Assembly: GCA_034660555.1 (NCBI GenBank)
Contig: JAYEJL010000147.1
Coordinates: 1-38,572 of the forward strand
Source of the DNA: Thermotogota bacterium
GTDB lineage: Bacteria; Thermotogota; Thermotogae; Petrotogales; Kosmotogaceae
Reading direction: 5' to 3'
DNA: 38,572 nucleotides
The notes beneath the pieces are model-generated. The model searched no databases, was not told the DNA's origin, and saw nothing but the letters and a program-made list of their open reading frames with translations. The position numbers and the translations under genes were made by a program. Positions 17,219-27,035 of this stretch are shown here, one piece after another; the stretch's first letter is position 1, and each line of letters starts with the position of its first letter.

Positions 17219-19696
17219 ATGAGCGAAAAATTAACTCCGATGATGGAGCAATATCAAAATATAAAAAATAAATATGAGGATGCAATTCTGTTGTTCAGGC
17301 TTGGTGACTTTTACGAAGCTTTTTTTGAGGACGCGAAGTTGCTTTCGGAAGCAACGCAGATTGTTCTTACCTCTAGAAATGGGTATCCCATGGCCGGGGT
17401 CCCCTATCATTCACTTGATCAGTACTTAAAGAAATTGATTGATGCCGGATATAAAATTGCTATTTGTGATCAGATTGAAGAAGCTTCAAAAAGCAAAAAA
17501 CTTGTTAAGAGAGAAGTTACCAGGATAATAACGCCTGGAACAATAATAGAAGAGAATCTTTTAAACTCAGAAGTTAACAACTATATTCTGCTTGCTTCAT
17601 TTTTAAACGATCAATACATACTTGTGGCTGCTGATATTTCAACAGGAGATATGGGGATTGCTTCATCTGAAGATTCTGAAGATATTTCTGATATCATAAA
17701 CAAATTGAATCCTTCACAATTGATATTGCAGGAAAATCTAAAAGAGCAGAGGAAATATATTGTACCTGCTAACAGTGATATATTTACAGAATACCTTGAG
17801 GATTGGAATTTCGCTTATTCATCAAGTGTCGAATATATAAAGAGTTTTTATGACATAGTTTCTCCAGATTTCCTTGAGCTTTCTAAAGAAGAAATAATAG
17901 CTCTTGGCGCTCTTTTCAAGTATCTTGAGGGAACCCATCTTGATGTGTTAAAGCATTTGAACTATCCTCGATCGTTAATGGGCACAGACAGTATGTATAT
18001 TGATAGTGATACTATTGAAAATCTTTCTCTATTTCCATCCAGGAAAAAAGGCTCATTGTACAGTTCAATTAAAGCAACATTAACTTCAATGGGTTCACGT
18101 AAACTTAAAGAATGGCTGCTCAATCCACTAAATGACCGGAAGAAAATCGAGAAAAGACTTGACTACGTTGAAGCACTGTTTCATGACGGTGATATTTTAA
18201 ACAACATAAGAAGCTGTCTTAAAGAGGTATATGATATTGAACGTATCGTATCAAGGCTTGCAACGGGTAAGGCTATTCCCAGAGACTTGCATTCGTTGAG
18301 AAAGACACTTCAAATACTTCCAGAAATTACGGAGCAACTTAGCTCAATGAGCGTTTTTGATGAAATAGTAAGTAATTTTCCAGATACACTGGAAGAATTG
18401 TCTTTGCTTGAAAATGGAGTAATGGAAAACCCTTCATCAGTTGTGGGAAGTGGTGAAGTTGTTGAATATGGATTTAACAAGGAACTCGATGAGCTCAGGG
18501 AATTACTAAATAATTCAAAGAAATGCTTGAAGGAATTTGAAAGAGAGGAAAAAAGAAAAAGTGGCATAAATAATTTGAAGGTTAAATACAACAAGGTTTT
18601 TGGCTATTTTGTGGAAGTTCCCAAAGGACAAACTGATAGAGTGCCAGATTATTATACGAGGAAACAGACGCTTGTTAATGCAGAGAGGTATATTACGCCT
18701 GAGATAAAAGAATTCGAAGAAAAAGTACTAGGTGCAACAGAAAGAATAGAAGATCTTGAACGTGCAATTTTCAACAATTTATGTGATGAACTGAATAAAT
18801 CATTGAAGAAGTTCAAGCAAATTTCTGAACTGCTATCAGAATTGGACGTTTATCAATCCAACGCTTATATTGCAAGAAGAAGCAAATACTGTAGACCATT
18901 ATTCACGAAAGAAAGAAACATGTATTTGAAAAATTCCAAACATCCTGTTGTTGAAAACTTTGTTAGTGATTTTGTAAGCAACGATATTTACTTTGATAAG
19001 GAAAACTCCTTTTACATTTTAACGGGGCCAAATATGAGTGGTAAATCGACCTTTATAAGACAAGTGGCACTCAATGTCATAATGGCTCAGATGGGTTCTT
19101 TTGTTCCTGCTGAAGACGCTGTCATGCCGGTGTATGATAGAGTTTTTACCCGTATAGGTGCTCGTGACGATCTGGCTGGAGGAGTATCAACATTTCTTGT
19201 AGAAATGATGGAAACTGCGACTATATTATCTAAAGCCACTGAAAACAGTCTGGTTGTGCTTGATGAAGTAGGAAGAGGTACAAGCACATTCGATGGTATA
19301 AGTATTGCATGGGCAGTTTCCGAATACATATATGAAGCTATTGGGTGCCACACTGTATTTGCAACGCACTTTACAGAATTGACAGAGTTGTCTTCTATGT
19401 ATGAGAATATCAATAATTTAACCATAAAAGTAGCTGAAAGAAATGGGGAAATCATTTTCTTGCACAAGCTAAAAGCAGGAGTTGCAAGCAGGTCTCATGG
19501 TATAGAAGTAGCAAGACTTGCAGGTATACCTGAGTTAGTATTAGAAAGGGCTTCAGAGATACTGAAGGTGATTGTAAAAACCAGCGCCATAGACAAAACT
19601 GTCAAAGTGTTGTCAACAGACGAGCTAACAAAAATAAAGAAGAAAAAGAAAAGGAAAATGCACAGGGATCAAACAACATTGTTTGACAATCAATGA
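17219..19696 (+). CDS. mutS: DNA mismatch repair protein MutS
   Basis: TPMMEQY, FRLGDFYE, TGPNMSGKST, STFLVEM, DEVGRGTST, FATHF. Confidence 0.98.
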   Translation: MSEKLTPMMEQYQNIKNKYEDAILLFRLGDFYEAFFEDAKLLSEATQIVLTSRNGYPMAGVPYHSLDQYLKKLIDAGYKIAICDQIEEASKSKKLVKREVTRIITPGTIIEENLLNSEVNNYILLASFLNDQYILVAADISTGDMGIASSEDSEDISDIINKLNPSQLILQENLKEQRKYIVPANSDIFTEYLEDWNFAYSSSVEYIKSFYDIVSPDFLELSKEEIIALGALFKYLEGTHLDVLKHLNYPRSLMGTDSMYIDSDTIENLSLFPSRKKGSLYSSIKATLTSMGSRKLKEWLLNPLNDRKKIEKRLDYVEALFHDGDILNNIRSCLKEVYDIERIVSRLATGKAIPRDLHSLRKTLQILPEITEQLSSMSVFDEIVSNFPDTLEELSLLENGVMENPSSVVGSGEVVEYGFNKELDELRELLNNSKKCLKEFEREEKRKSGINNLKVKYNKVFGYFVEVPKGQTDRVPDYYTRKQTLVNAERYITPEIKEFEEKVLGATERIEDLERAIFNNLCDELNKSLKKFKQISELLSELDVYQSNAYIARRSKYCRPLFTKERNMYLKNSKHPVVENFVSDFVSNDIYFDKENSFYILTGPNMSGKSTFIRQVALNVIMAQMGSFVPAEDAVMPVYDRVFTRIGARDDLAGGVSTFLVEMMETATILSKATENSLVVLDEVGRGTSTFDGISIAWAVSEYIYEAIGCHTVFATHFTELTELSSMYENINNLTIKVAERNGEIIFLHKLKAGVASRSHGIEVARLAGIPELVLERASEILKVIVKTSAIDKTVKVLSTDELTKIKKKKKRKMHRDQTTLFDNQ

Positions 19697-19706
19697 AGAG
19701 GCTGAG

Positions 19707-19715
19707 TGATATAAT
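19707..19715 (+). promoter_or_regulatory. Extended -10 promoter for the aminopeptidase P-efp run
   Basis: TGATATAAT about 35 nt upstream of the ATG at 19751. Confidence 0.5.
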
Positions 19716-19750
19716 TTAGTATGTGTTGACAATATTGATGGAGGTTAAAA

Positions 19751-20833
19751 ATGGAAAGAAGATTGCAGAATTTAAGAGAAAAGATGAAAAAAGAAAAACT
19801 TGATGCGATTTTGATTTATAATTTCGAAGGCAGTAACAGAGCGACAACATGGTATTTATCTGGATTCTCAGGATCATTCGCAGTTTTATTTATTACATTT
19901 GACGGGGAATATGTAATAACTGATTCCAGGTATTTCACACAGGTTCAGGAACAATCAGATTTTGAGCTTATACCCTATACAGATGGAAAAGAACAGTTGA
20001 AAAAAACGTTATCAGATCTGTTCAGAACAAATAAAGTTTCAAGAATTGGATTTGAGTCAGAAAGAATAACTTACAATCAGTTTCAGGAATATGTCGAAAA
20101 TCTTAACTCAGAAAAAATTGAAATTGACGAGATCATTAAAAATATGCGCTCTGTTAAAACAGACGAAGAAATAAAAAAGATTAAGAAAGCTGTAAAAGTA
20201 GCAGAGGAATCTCTTGAGTCTTCTTTGGAGTATATTAAACAAGGTAATACAGAGAATGAAATTGCTGCCAGAATAAATTATGAAATCTATAAAAGGGGTG
20301 GAAAGCCTTCTTTCGAAACCATTGTTGTGTCAGGTAAAAGAAGTGCACTAGTTCATGGTATGCCATCTGACAAGAAGGTCGAGAACGGAGAGTTTGTACT
20401 CATTGATTATGGCGCTATGGTCGATGGATACTGCTCTGATATTACAAGAACCTTTCTGGTTGGTGAAGCTACTCCCAGGATGGAGAAGGTTTACAAGATT
20501 GTGCAAACAGCCCAAAAAAAGGCAAGAGAAGCGGCAAAAGCTGGACTCAGAGGTGTTGAATTACATAATGTTGCAAAGAAGATAATCGAAGATGAAGGCT
20601 TTGGTGAGTATTTTGGCCACGGTTTAGGTCACGGCCTTGGAATGGAGGTTCACGAAAGTCCTGGTGTCAGTACAAGAAATGAAGACCCCCTACCGGAAAA
20701 CGCTGTTATTACGATAGAACCAGGAATATATATACCGAATGAATTTGGTGTGAGAATTGAAGACGATGTTGTTATAAAAAAAGGATATTGTGAAGTTCTC
20801 ACATCGCTTGATAGGAATCTGAAATCATTGTAG
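19751..20833 (+). CDS. Aminopeptidase P / Xaa-Pro peptidase (M24B)
   Basis: TDSRY, DYGA..YCSDITRT, HGLGHGLG.EVHE, TIEPG, GVRIED; upstream of efp. Confidence 0.93.
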   Translation: MERRLQNLREKMKKEKLDAILIYNFEGSNRATTWYLSGFSGSFAVLFITFDGEYVITDSRYFTQVQEQSDFELIPYTDGKEQLKKTLSDLFRTNKVSRIGFESERITYNQFQEYVENLNSEKIEIDEIIKNMRSVKTDEEIKKIKKAVKVAEESLESSLEYIKQGNTENEIAARINYEIYKRGGKPSFETIVVSGKRSALVHGMPSDKKVENGEFVLIDYGAMVDGYCSDITRTFLVGEATPRMEKVYKIVQTAQKKAREAAKAGLRGVELHNVAKKIIEDEGFGEYFGHGLGHGLGMEVHESPGVSTRNEDPLPENAVITIEPGIYIPNEFGVRIEDDVVIKKGYCEVLTSLDRNLKSL

Positions 20834-20851
20834 CGGTTTGGGGGTATAAAT

Positions 20852-21409
20852 TTGATAGATGTTGGTTCAATAAAAAAGGGTATGGCCCTGATTATAGACG
20901 ATGAAATATATATTGTGCTTGATGTTAATAAGCACTTTACAGCTCGTGGAAGTGGAATAATAAGAACTAGATTGAAAAATGTAGACACCGATTACGTTAG
21001 AGAGTATAAATTTAACAGTGGAGACAAAATTGAAGAAGCACAATTAACATTAAGATCAGTACAGTATCTGTATAAAGATGGAAAACTCTACTATTTTATG
21101 GATTTGGAAACTTTTGAGCAGCACCCAGTTGAAGAAGAAATGGTTGGAGATAGTATTTATTATCTTAGAGAAAATATGGAGCTTTATCTTCAACTACATG
21201 ATCATAAACCCATTAATGTTGTTCTGCCAAATACCGCGGTACTTGAAGTAGTTGATACAGCACCGAATTTCAAAGGTGATACTGCTTCAGGTGGGGGAAA
21301 ACCCGCAATATGCGATACAGGTTTAAAAGTTACCGTACCCTTTTTTGTTGAAAATGGAGATAAAATTAGAGTAAATACCAAAACTGGAGAGTATGTAGAA
21401 AAGGCATAA
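20852..21409 (+). CDS. efp: Elongation factor P
   Basis: [46 protein letters not shown] start. Confidence 0.97.
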   Translation: MIDVGSIKKGMALIIDDEIYIVLDVNKHFTARGSGIIRTRLKNVDTDYVREYKFNSGDKIEEAQLTLRSVQYLYKDGKLYYFMDLETFEQHPVEEEMVGDSIYYLRENMELYLQLHDHKPINVVLPNTAVLEVVDTAPNFKGDTASGGGKPAICDTGLKVTVPFFVENGDKIRVNTKTGEYVEKA

Positions 21410-21432
21410 AATATAAGTATTTTTAAGGAGGA

Positions 21433-21819
21433 ATGGATATGAAATATGGAGAAAATGAACTGGGAAAGATTGAAATTTCTGATACTGTCATAAAGGATGT
21501 AGCCATACATGCATACATGGAGTTCAATGGACTGGATACCAATAATCAGAAGAAGAAAAAGGAAGCCCGGGGAAAGATTGAGGTTGAAACTGATGAAGGA
21601 GAAGAAGGAATAAACGCAATTAAAATCACAGTAAATACACGTGTGAAATATGGTGAATCTATACCTGAGTATTGTAGACAGCTTCAAAAGAAAATAAAAG
21701 AAGATGTTGAGAATTTTAGCGGAATAAAAGTCGATGAAGTATTCGTAAGGGTTTCTGATATATTTGAAGAAGTTGTTGAAGAGCAGGAACCATCAGAAGA
21801 GGAGGAAACAGAAGAGTAA
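21433..21819 (+). CDS. Asp23/Gls24 family protein (YqhY-like)
   Basis: GKIEISD.VI..VA, VKYGESIP, IKEDVENFSG; located between efp and nusB. Confidence 0.88.
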   Translation: MDMKYGENELGKIEISDTVIKDVAIHAYMEFNGLDTNNQKKKKEARGKIEVETDEGEEGINAIKITVNTRVKYGESIPEYCRQLQKKIKEDVENFSGIKVDEVFVRVSDIFEEVVEEQEPSEEEETEE

Positions 21820-21837
21820 GTATTCTGATGAAAGTTT

Positions 21838-22290
21838 ATGAACTATAATAGGGGACGAATGTACGGCAGAAGAAGAATGCGCGATATAGTTTTTAGGGCA
21901 ATATATCAGTATGATTTCCACAATGACATTGATATTACCAACAAATTCCTTGATGATGAAATTTCGTATTGCCTATTAAGTTCTGATCTCGTTAGTTTGG
22001 CTAAAAGGTATTTGATAGGGATAATTGACAACAAAAGCCATCTGGACCAGATAATTGATGAGTCGCTTTCTAATTGGACGTTGAACCGTCTGGCCTCAGT
22101 CGATAAAAATGTGTTGAGACTGGGAACCTATGAACTAATTTATGAGGATGATGTTCCAATAGAAGTCACACTAAATGAAGCCATCGAGATTGCAAAGATG
22201 TACGCCACTCAGCAGGATGGAAAATTTGTGAATGGTGTTCTGGATAAAATTGCCAAAAAGTACGCAAAGGAAGAAAAAAGGAAACTCTAA
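21838..22290 (+). CDS. nusB: Transcription antitermination factor NusB
   Basis: RRRMR, W.L.RL..VD.NVLRLG.YEL, NEAIEIAK.Y, FVNGVLD. The start may be ATG 21859. Confidence 0.96.
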   Translation: MNYNRGRMYGRRRMRDIVFRAIYQYDFHNDIDITNKFLDDEISYCLLSSDLVSLAKRYLIGIIDNKSHLDQIIDESLSNWTLNRLASVDKNVLRLGTYELIYEDDVPIEVTLNEAIEIAKMYATQQDGKFVNGVLDKIAKKYAKEEKRKL

Positions 22291-22301
22291 GGAGGGTTTA
22301 C

Positions 22302-23972
22302 ATGGAAGATATTGAAATAGCGCAAAAAGCCACGTTAAAACCTATAAAAGAGATCGCGAATAGTTTGGATATTCCAGAATCATCGTTAACACTGCATGGC
22401 GATTACATAGCAAAGGTATCTCATCGATTACTCCAGAATCTCAATCAAGAAAAAGACGGAAAGCTCATACTGGTTACTGCCATGAGTCCTACTAGTGCAG
22501 GCGAAGGAAAAACCACAAATTCAATAGGCTTGAGCATGGCTCTGAATAAATTAGGCAAAAAATCCATGGTAACGCTTAGAGAACCTTCTGTAGGTCCAAT
22601 AATGGGCATAAAAGGTGGAGCAGCAGGAGGAGGATATTCTCAAGTTTTGCCCATGGAAGATATTAACCTACATTTTACCGGTGATATGCACGCCATTTCA
22701 TTGGCCCATAATCTTTTATCTGCTGTTATCGATGCGCATATAAAATTTGGAAATGAGTTGGGACTTGATCCTACAAGAATATATTGGCCACGAGCCATGG
22801 ACATGAATGACAGAGCTTTGAGAGGGATTATTATTGGACTTGGCGGACATTCAAATGGTTATCCACGTGAAGACAGCTTTATCATCACAGCTGCTTCTGA
22901 AATAATGGCCATATTGTGTCTCACAACAAGCATAAGTGATCTTAAAAAGCGACTCGGAGACATCGTGGTAGGAAGGAATTACTCAAGAGAATTCGTGAAG
23001 GCAAAATCGTTAAAAGTGCATGGTGCTATGACTGCTCTTTTAAAGCATGCTTTAAATCCAAATCTTGTTCAGACTATAGAAGGAACCCCTGCTTTTGTTC
23101 ATGGTGGACCTTTTGCAAACATTGCCCATGGAACAAACTCACTTATAGCTACCAAACTTGCTTTAAAACTCAGTGATTATGTGGTAACAGAAACAGGATT
23201 TGGTGCAGAACTTGGAGGAGAAAAATTCCTTGATTTTGTAAGCCAGACTGGCAAATTCGAACCTTCTGCGGTAGTTTTAGTGGCTTCGATGCGTGCACTT
23301 AAGTCTAACGGTGGAGTTTCTGATAAAGAACTTGATAATGAAAATATCAAGGCGTTAGAAAAAGGTTTCGGGAATTTGCGTATTCACTACGAAAACGTGA
23401 GAAAATACAATATTCCAGTTATAGTTGCTTTGAATAAATTTGATAATGATACAGAAAATGAAATAGAAGCATTCTCAAAGTTATGTGAAGAAAATAATAT
23501 AGTTTATGAAAAATCAGATGTATGGAAAAATGGTTCAAAAGGTGGAACTGAATTAGCTCAGAGAGTTGTAGATGAAATAGATAGTAGTAATGAAAAGAAT
23601 TTCAGACCGCTATTCTCACTTGATGAACCAGCTGAAGAAAAAATTGAAAAACTGGCAAAAGAAATTTATCGAGCAAGTGAAGTCAATTACGAATCCTCAG
23701 CGAGAAAAAAATTAAGGTTATTCAAAAAACATGGTTATGGAAATCTACCAGTGATAGTCGCAAAAACACAGTATTCCGTCACTGATAATGCAGACATTAA
23801 GGGTGCTCTTGGTGAATATACATTTAACATCAGGGATCTTACCCTATCTGCTGGTGCAGGATTTATTGTGGCTGTGGCTGGAAGTATTCTCCTTATGCCA
23901 GGATTGCCAAAGATACCGGGAGCTACAAAGATTGACGTTGATGAAGATGGGACAATCAGTGGATTGTTTTGA
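22302..23972 (+). CDS. fhs: Formate--tetrahydrofolate ligase
   Basis: GEGKTT, KGGAAGGGYSQV.PMEDINLHFTGD, HGGPFANIAHG, AKTQYS, MPGLP. Confidence 0.98.
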   Translation: MEDIEIAQKATLKPIKEIANSLDIPESSLTLHGDYIAKVSHRLLQNLNQEKDGKLILVTAMSPTSAGEGKTTNSIGLSMALNKLGKKSMVTLREPSVGPIMGIKGGAAGGGYSQVLPMEDINLHFTGDMHAISLAHNLLSAVIDAHIKFGNELGLDPTRIYWPRAMDMNDRALRGIIIGLGGHSNGYPREDSFIITAASEIMAILCLTTSISDLKKRLGDIVVGRNYSREFVKAKSLKVHGAMTALLKHALNPNLVQTIEGTPAFVHGGPFANIAHGTNSLIATKLALKLSDYVVTETGFGAELGGEKFLDFVSQTGKFEPSAVVLVASMRALKSNGGVSDKELDNENIKALEKGFGNLRIHYENVRKYNIPVIVALNKFDNDTENEIEAFSKLCEENNIVYEKSDVWKNGSKGGTELAQRVVDEIDSSNEKNFRPLFSLDEPAEEKIEKLAKEIYRASEVNYESSARKKLRLFKKHGYGNLPVIVAKTQYSVTDNADIKGALGEYTFNIRDLTLSAGAGFIVAVAGSILLMPGLPKIPGATKIDVDEDGTISGLF

Positions 23973-23981
23973 GGTGGTATT

Positions 23982-24818
23982 ATGAGAAGAATTCTGTCCG
24001 GAAAAAAATTGGCAGATTCAATATATCAAAAAATTGAAGAAGCGATAAAAAAGCTTGATAAAAAGCCAAAAATGGTTATTTACACAAGCGAGCCAGATAA
24101 AGCCACAAAGTCATATATGAAAAGTATAAGTAAACAGGGTGAAAAGCTCAATTTCGAAATTATTGAACGAGAAGCGTCGAAGGAACCGGAAAGAGATATT
24201 GAAGAGCTTAATGACGACGATTCAATTGACGGGGTTATGGTAATGCACCCACTGAAAAATGTTCCCCACGATCTAATAGCTGAAAAGCTAAATGCTGAGA
24301 AGGATATTGAAGGAAGAACAGCAAAAAATTTTGGCTGGCTAGCACTTGGTAAACCAATTTTTAAACCACCAACTGCTGAGGCAGTTATGAAGATATTGGA
24401 TTATTATAATATTGATCTCAAAGGCAAAGACGTGACAATCGTGGGGCGTTCAACAACAGTAGGAAAACCCCTGGCATTGTTGATGTTAAAAAAAGGTGTG
24501 GATGCAACAGTAACTGTTTGTCATTCAAGAACACAGGATATTGAAAATAAAATGAAAAATTCGGACATACTTATTGTGGCTGTTGGGAAGGCGTATTTTG
24601 TTTCTGAAAAGGAAGTAAAACGTGAAGCCACAGTAATCGATGTTGGTATAAATTTCTTGAATGGTAGAATGGTGGGAGATGTTAACTACGATCAGGTAAA
24701 AGATAAAGTGAGCAATATAACACCTGTACCTGGTGGTGTTGGAACTGTTACAACAGCACTTTTGTTTGATCATCTTGTAAAAGCTGCTTTAAGGAATTTT
24801 GGTGATGATGATGGGTAA
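23982..24818 (+). CDS. folD: Methylenetetrahydrofolate dehydrogenase (FolD family)
   Basis: KDIEG, GRSTTVGKP, ATVTVCHS, IDVGIN, GDV, TPVPGGVG. Confidence 0.93.
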   Translation: MRRILSGKKLADSIYQKIEEAIKKLDKKPKMVIYTSEPDKATKSYMKSISKQGEKLNFEIIEREASKEPERDIEELNDDDSIDGVMVMHPLKNVPHDLIAEKLNAEKDIEGRTAKNFGWLALGKPIFKPPTAEAVMKILDYYNIDLKGKDVTIVGRSTTVGKPLALLMLKKGVDATVTVCHSRTQDIENKMKNSDILIVAVGKAYFVSEKEVKREATVIDVGINFLNGRMVGDVNYDQVKDKVSNITPVPGGVGTVTTALLFDHLVKAALRNFGDDDG

Positions 24819-26706
24819 TTTAGAAGAACCTTTATTCGAAAGGCTGAAGAAGTATTCATATGCAGAACTCAATGCTCTAGCAGATAACTTTAGGGACTAC
24901 ATCATCAAGGTGGTCTCAAAAAACTCAGGTCATCTGGCTTCCAATCTGGGAACAATTGAGTTAACCATTGCTTTGTATAGAGTTTTCGATCCATCTAAAG
25001 ATATTATTATATGGGATACAGGGCATCAGGCTTATACACATAAGCTTTTGACTGGAAGATATCATTCGTTCAAAACCTTAAGGCAAAAGAATGGAATAAG
25101 CGGATTTGTAAAACGCGATGAAAATAAATACGATGTTTTTGGCACAGGACATGTTGGAACGGGTATCCCAGTAGCGCTGGGTATAGAAAAAGCTCTTGAA
25201 ATGGATAGAGATTACAGAAGGATTATAGTTGTGGTTGGCGATGGAGCGTTAACATCTGGCTCCAGCCTTGAAGCTTTAAATCAAATGAGTGAAATGAATT
25301 CAAAAATTATTCTTGTAATAAATGATAACGGTATGAGCATTAGCAAAAATGTGGGATTATTGTCCACTAAACTTGATGAGTTACGATTGAACCCCTTTTA
25401 TAGAGAAATCAAGGAAGAAATTAGAGAATCACTTGAGACGATGAAACTTAAAGGCATTGAACAACTTCTTTCAAATCTCAAAAGTGGAGTAAAGCATGCT
25501 GTGCTGGGTAGAAACATATTTGAAGATTTTGGATTGAATTATCTTGGACCCGTTGATGGCAATAGAATAAAAGATTTGATTGATATTTTTGAATTAGTGA
25601 AAAAATTTGATGAACCTTTTGTAGTGCATGCAGTTACAAAAAAGGGTAGAGGCCTTGGATATGCTGAGGAAAAACCTGATGCGTATCATAGTGTATCAAA
25701 ACTTGATCCAGAAACGGGAATGAATATTAAGGATCATAACTTTGTGTCGTATAGCGAAATTTTTGGTAAAACATTGAAAGAACTCGCAAAAAATGATCGA
25801 AGGATAGTTGGAATAACGGCCGCGATGCCTGATGGCACTGGAATAAATTATTTTGCTGATGAATTTCCTGGACGATTTTATGATTTAGGTATTACGGAAC
25901 AACTGTGTACTAACTTTGCTGCAGGATTGGCAACTCGAGGGTTTCGACCAGTTTTCGCTGTGTATTCTACATTTTTGCAGAGAGCTTATGATCAGGTTAT
26001 ACATGACATTGCTTTACAAAAATTACCCGTAATATTTGCAGTAGACAGGGCTGGGATAGTCGGTAAAGATGGTCCCACTCATAACGGGATATTTGATATC
26101 TCATATCTTAATGCGGTTCCCAATATAAAACTTTTAGCTCCTTCAGGACTGCAGGAGCTTTCAGATATGCTTTATTCGATACTTAGTATGGGAAAAATAG
26201 ATGGCCCCATATTTATTAGATATCCCAGAGAAACAAAAAAGGGAAACCCTGATGAGATAATATCTGGAATGAAAAAGATGGATGTGTTTAAATGGAATAA
26301 AATTAATGAAGCCAGCGATAAAACTGAAACGGTGATACTTGCCACTGGAAGCATGGTAGATAGAGTACTGCCAGTAAGTAAAAAACTCGACATAACCATG
26401 TATAATTGCAAGTCAATAAAACCACTTGATACAGAAGCGCTTAATGAAATTGGTAGAAATTACAGTCAAATTATTACTGTTGAAGAAGGAACAAGATTGG
26501 GTGGATTTGGTAACGCTGTGATGAACTATTTTAGTGACAATGGAATAATAGTAAGAGTGACAAACATTGGAATAGATGATAAATTTTCAGAACAGGGCAC
26601 TCGAGAAGAGGTTTTAAGAGATCTTTCACTTGATTGTGATAATCTCGAAAGAAAGATAAAAGAATTGCGAGGTGAATTCCGTGTTAATAACAACAGAGTA
26701 CGGTAA
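24805..26706 (+). CDS. dxs: 1-deoxy-D-xylulose-5-phosphate synthase
   Basis: GHLASNLG, WDTGHQAY.HK, GDGAL, NDN.MSI, ITAAM, GITEQ, YSTFLQRAYDQ, DRAG.VG.DG.TH. The exact ATG (24805/24808/24811) is uncertain. Confidence 0.97.
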   Translation: MMMGNLEEPLFERLKKYSYAELNALADNFRDYIIKVVSKNSGHLASNLGTIELTIALYRVFDPSKDIIIWDTGHQAYTHKLLTGRYHSFKTLRQKNGISGFVKRDENKYDVFGTGHVGTGIPVALGIEKALEMDRDYRRIIVVVGDGALTSGSSLEALNQMSEMNSKIILVINDNGMSISKNVGLLSTKLDELRLNPFYREIKEEIRESLETMKLKGIEQLLSNLKSGVKHAVLGRNIFEDFGLNYLGPVDGNRIKDLIDIFELVKKFDEPFVVHAVTKKGRGLGYAEEKPDAYHSVSKLDPETGMNIKDHNFVSYSEIFGKTLKELAKNDRRIVGITAAMPDGTGINYFADEFPGRFYDLGITEQLCTNFAAGLATRGFRPVFAVYSTFLQRAYDQVIHDIALQKLPVIFAVDRAGIVGKDGPTHNGIFDISYLNAVPNIKLLAPSGLQELSDMLYSILSMGKIDGPIFIRYPRETKKGNPDEIISGMKKMDVFKWNKINEASDKTETVILATGSMVDRVLPVSKKLDITMYNCKSIKPLDTEALNEIGRNYSQIITVEEGTRLGGFGNAVMNYFSDNGIIVRVTNIGIDDKFSEQGTREEVLRDLSLDCDNLERKIKELRGEFRVNNNRVR

Positions 26707-27022
26707 GGTCGAAATTTCCTTACAGGTTATAACATCAATAGTAAAGAAAGTTGTAGCTGAGTCTTACGGTCCAGTGAATGTTGGCACTACCCAGCAAGGA
26801 TTGCTCTCACGTCTTTTTGGTTCAGAAGAGAGACATGGGATAAAAGTGAACGAAGAAATCGATGGTTCTTTAATTCTTGATATTGAGCTTGTGCTTGAAT
26901 ATGGGGTTAATATTCCGGTAGTTGCCAAAAATATTCAGGAAAATGTTTTTCACCGTCTGAAGGAATATATAGAAGCGACGGCAGTAAAAGTTAATGTTTA
27001 TGTAGTTGGAATTCAGGACTAG
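26681..27022 (+). CDS. Asp23/Gls24 family protein (YloU-like)
   Basis: TEYGKVEIS, ESYG, LEYGVNIP.VAKNIQ, VNVYVVGI; GTG 26681 after a GAGGTGA SD; precedes the DAK2 gene. Confidence 0.88.
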   Translation: MLITTEYGKVEISLQVITSIVKKVVAESYGPVNVGTTQQGLLSRLFGSEERHGIKVNEEIDGSLILDIELVLEYGVNIPVVAKNIQENVFHRLKEYIEATAVKVNVYVVGIQD

Positions 27023-27035
27023 GAGGATCATTGAG

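Noticed and set aside
19683..19733. Two TTGACAAT copies around the aminopeptidase P promoter as -35 elements or an operator
   Set aside because: The first is 21 nt from the -10 and inside mutS coding sequence, and the second has no matching -10. Both could be chance in AT-rich DNA.
21202..21687. 161-aa antisense ORF across efp/asp23, and similar antisense ORFs (e.g. 3581-4081, 19087-19467, 33401-33871)
   Set aside because: They lie fully opposite well-conserved genes and have no recognisable motifs or SD.
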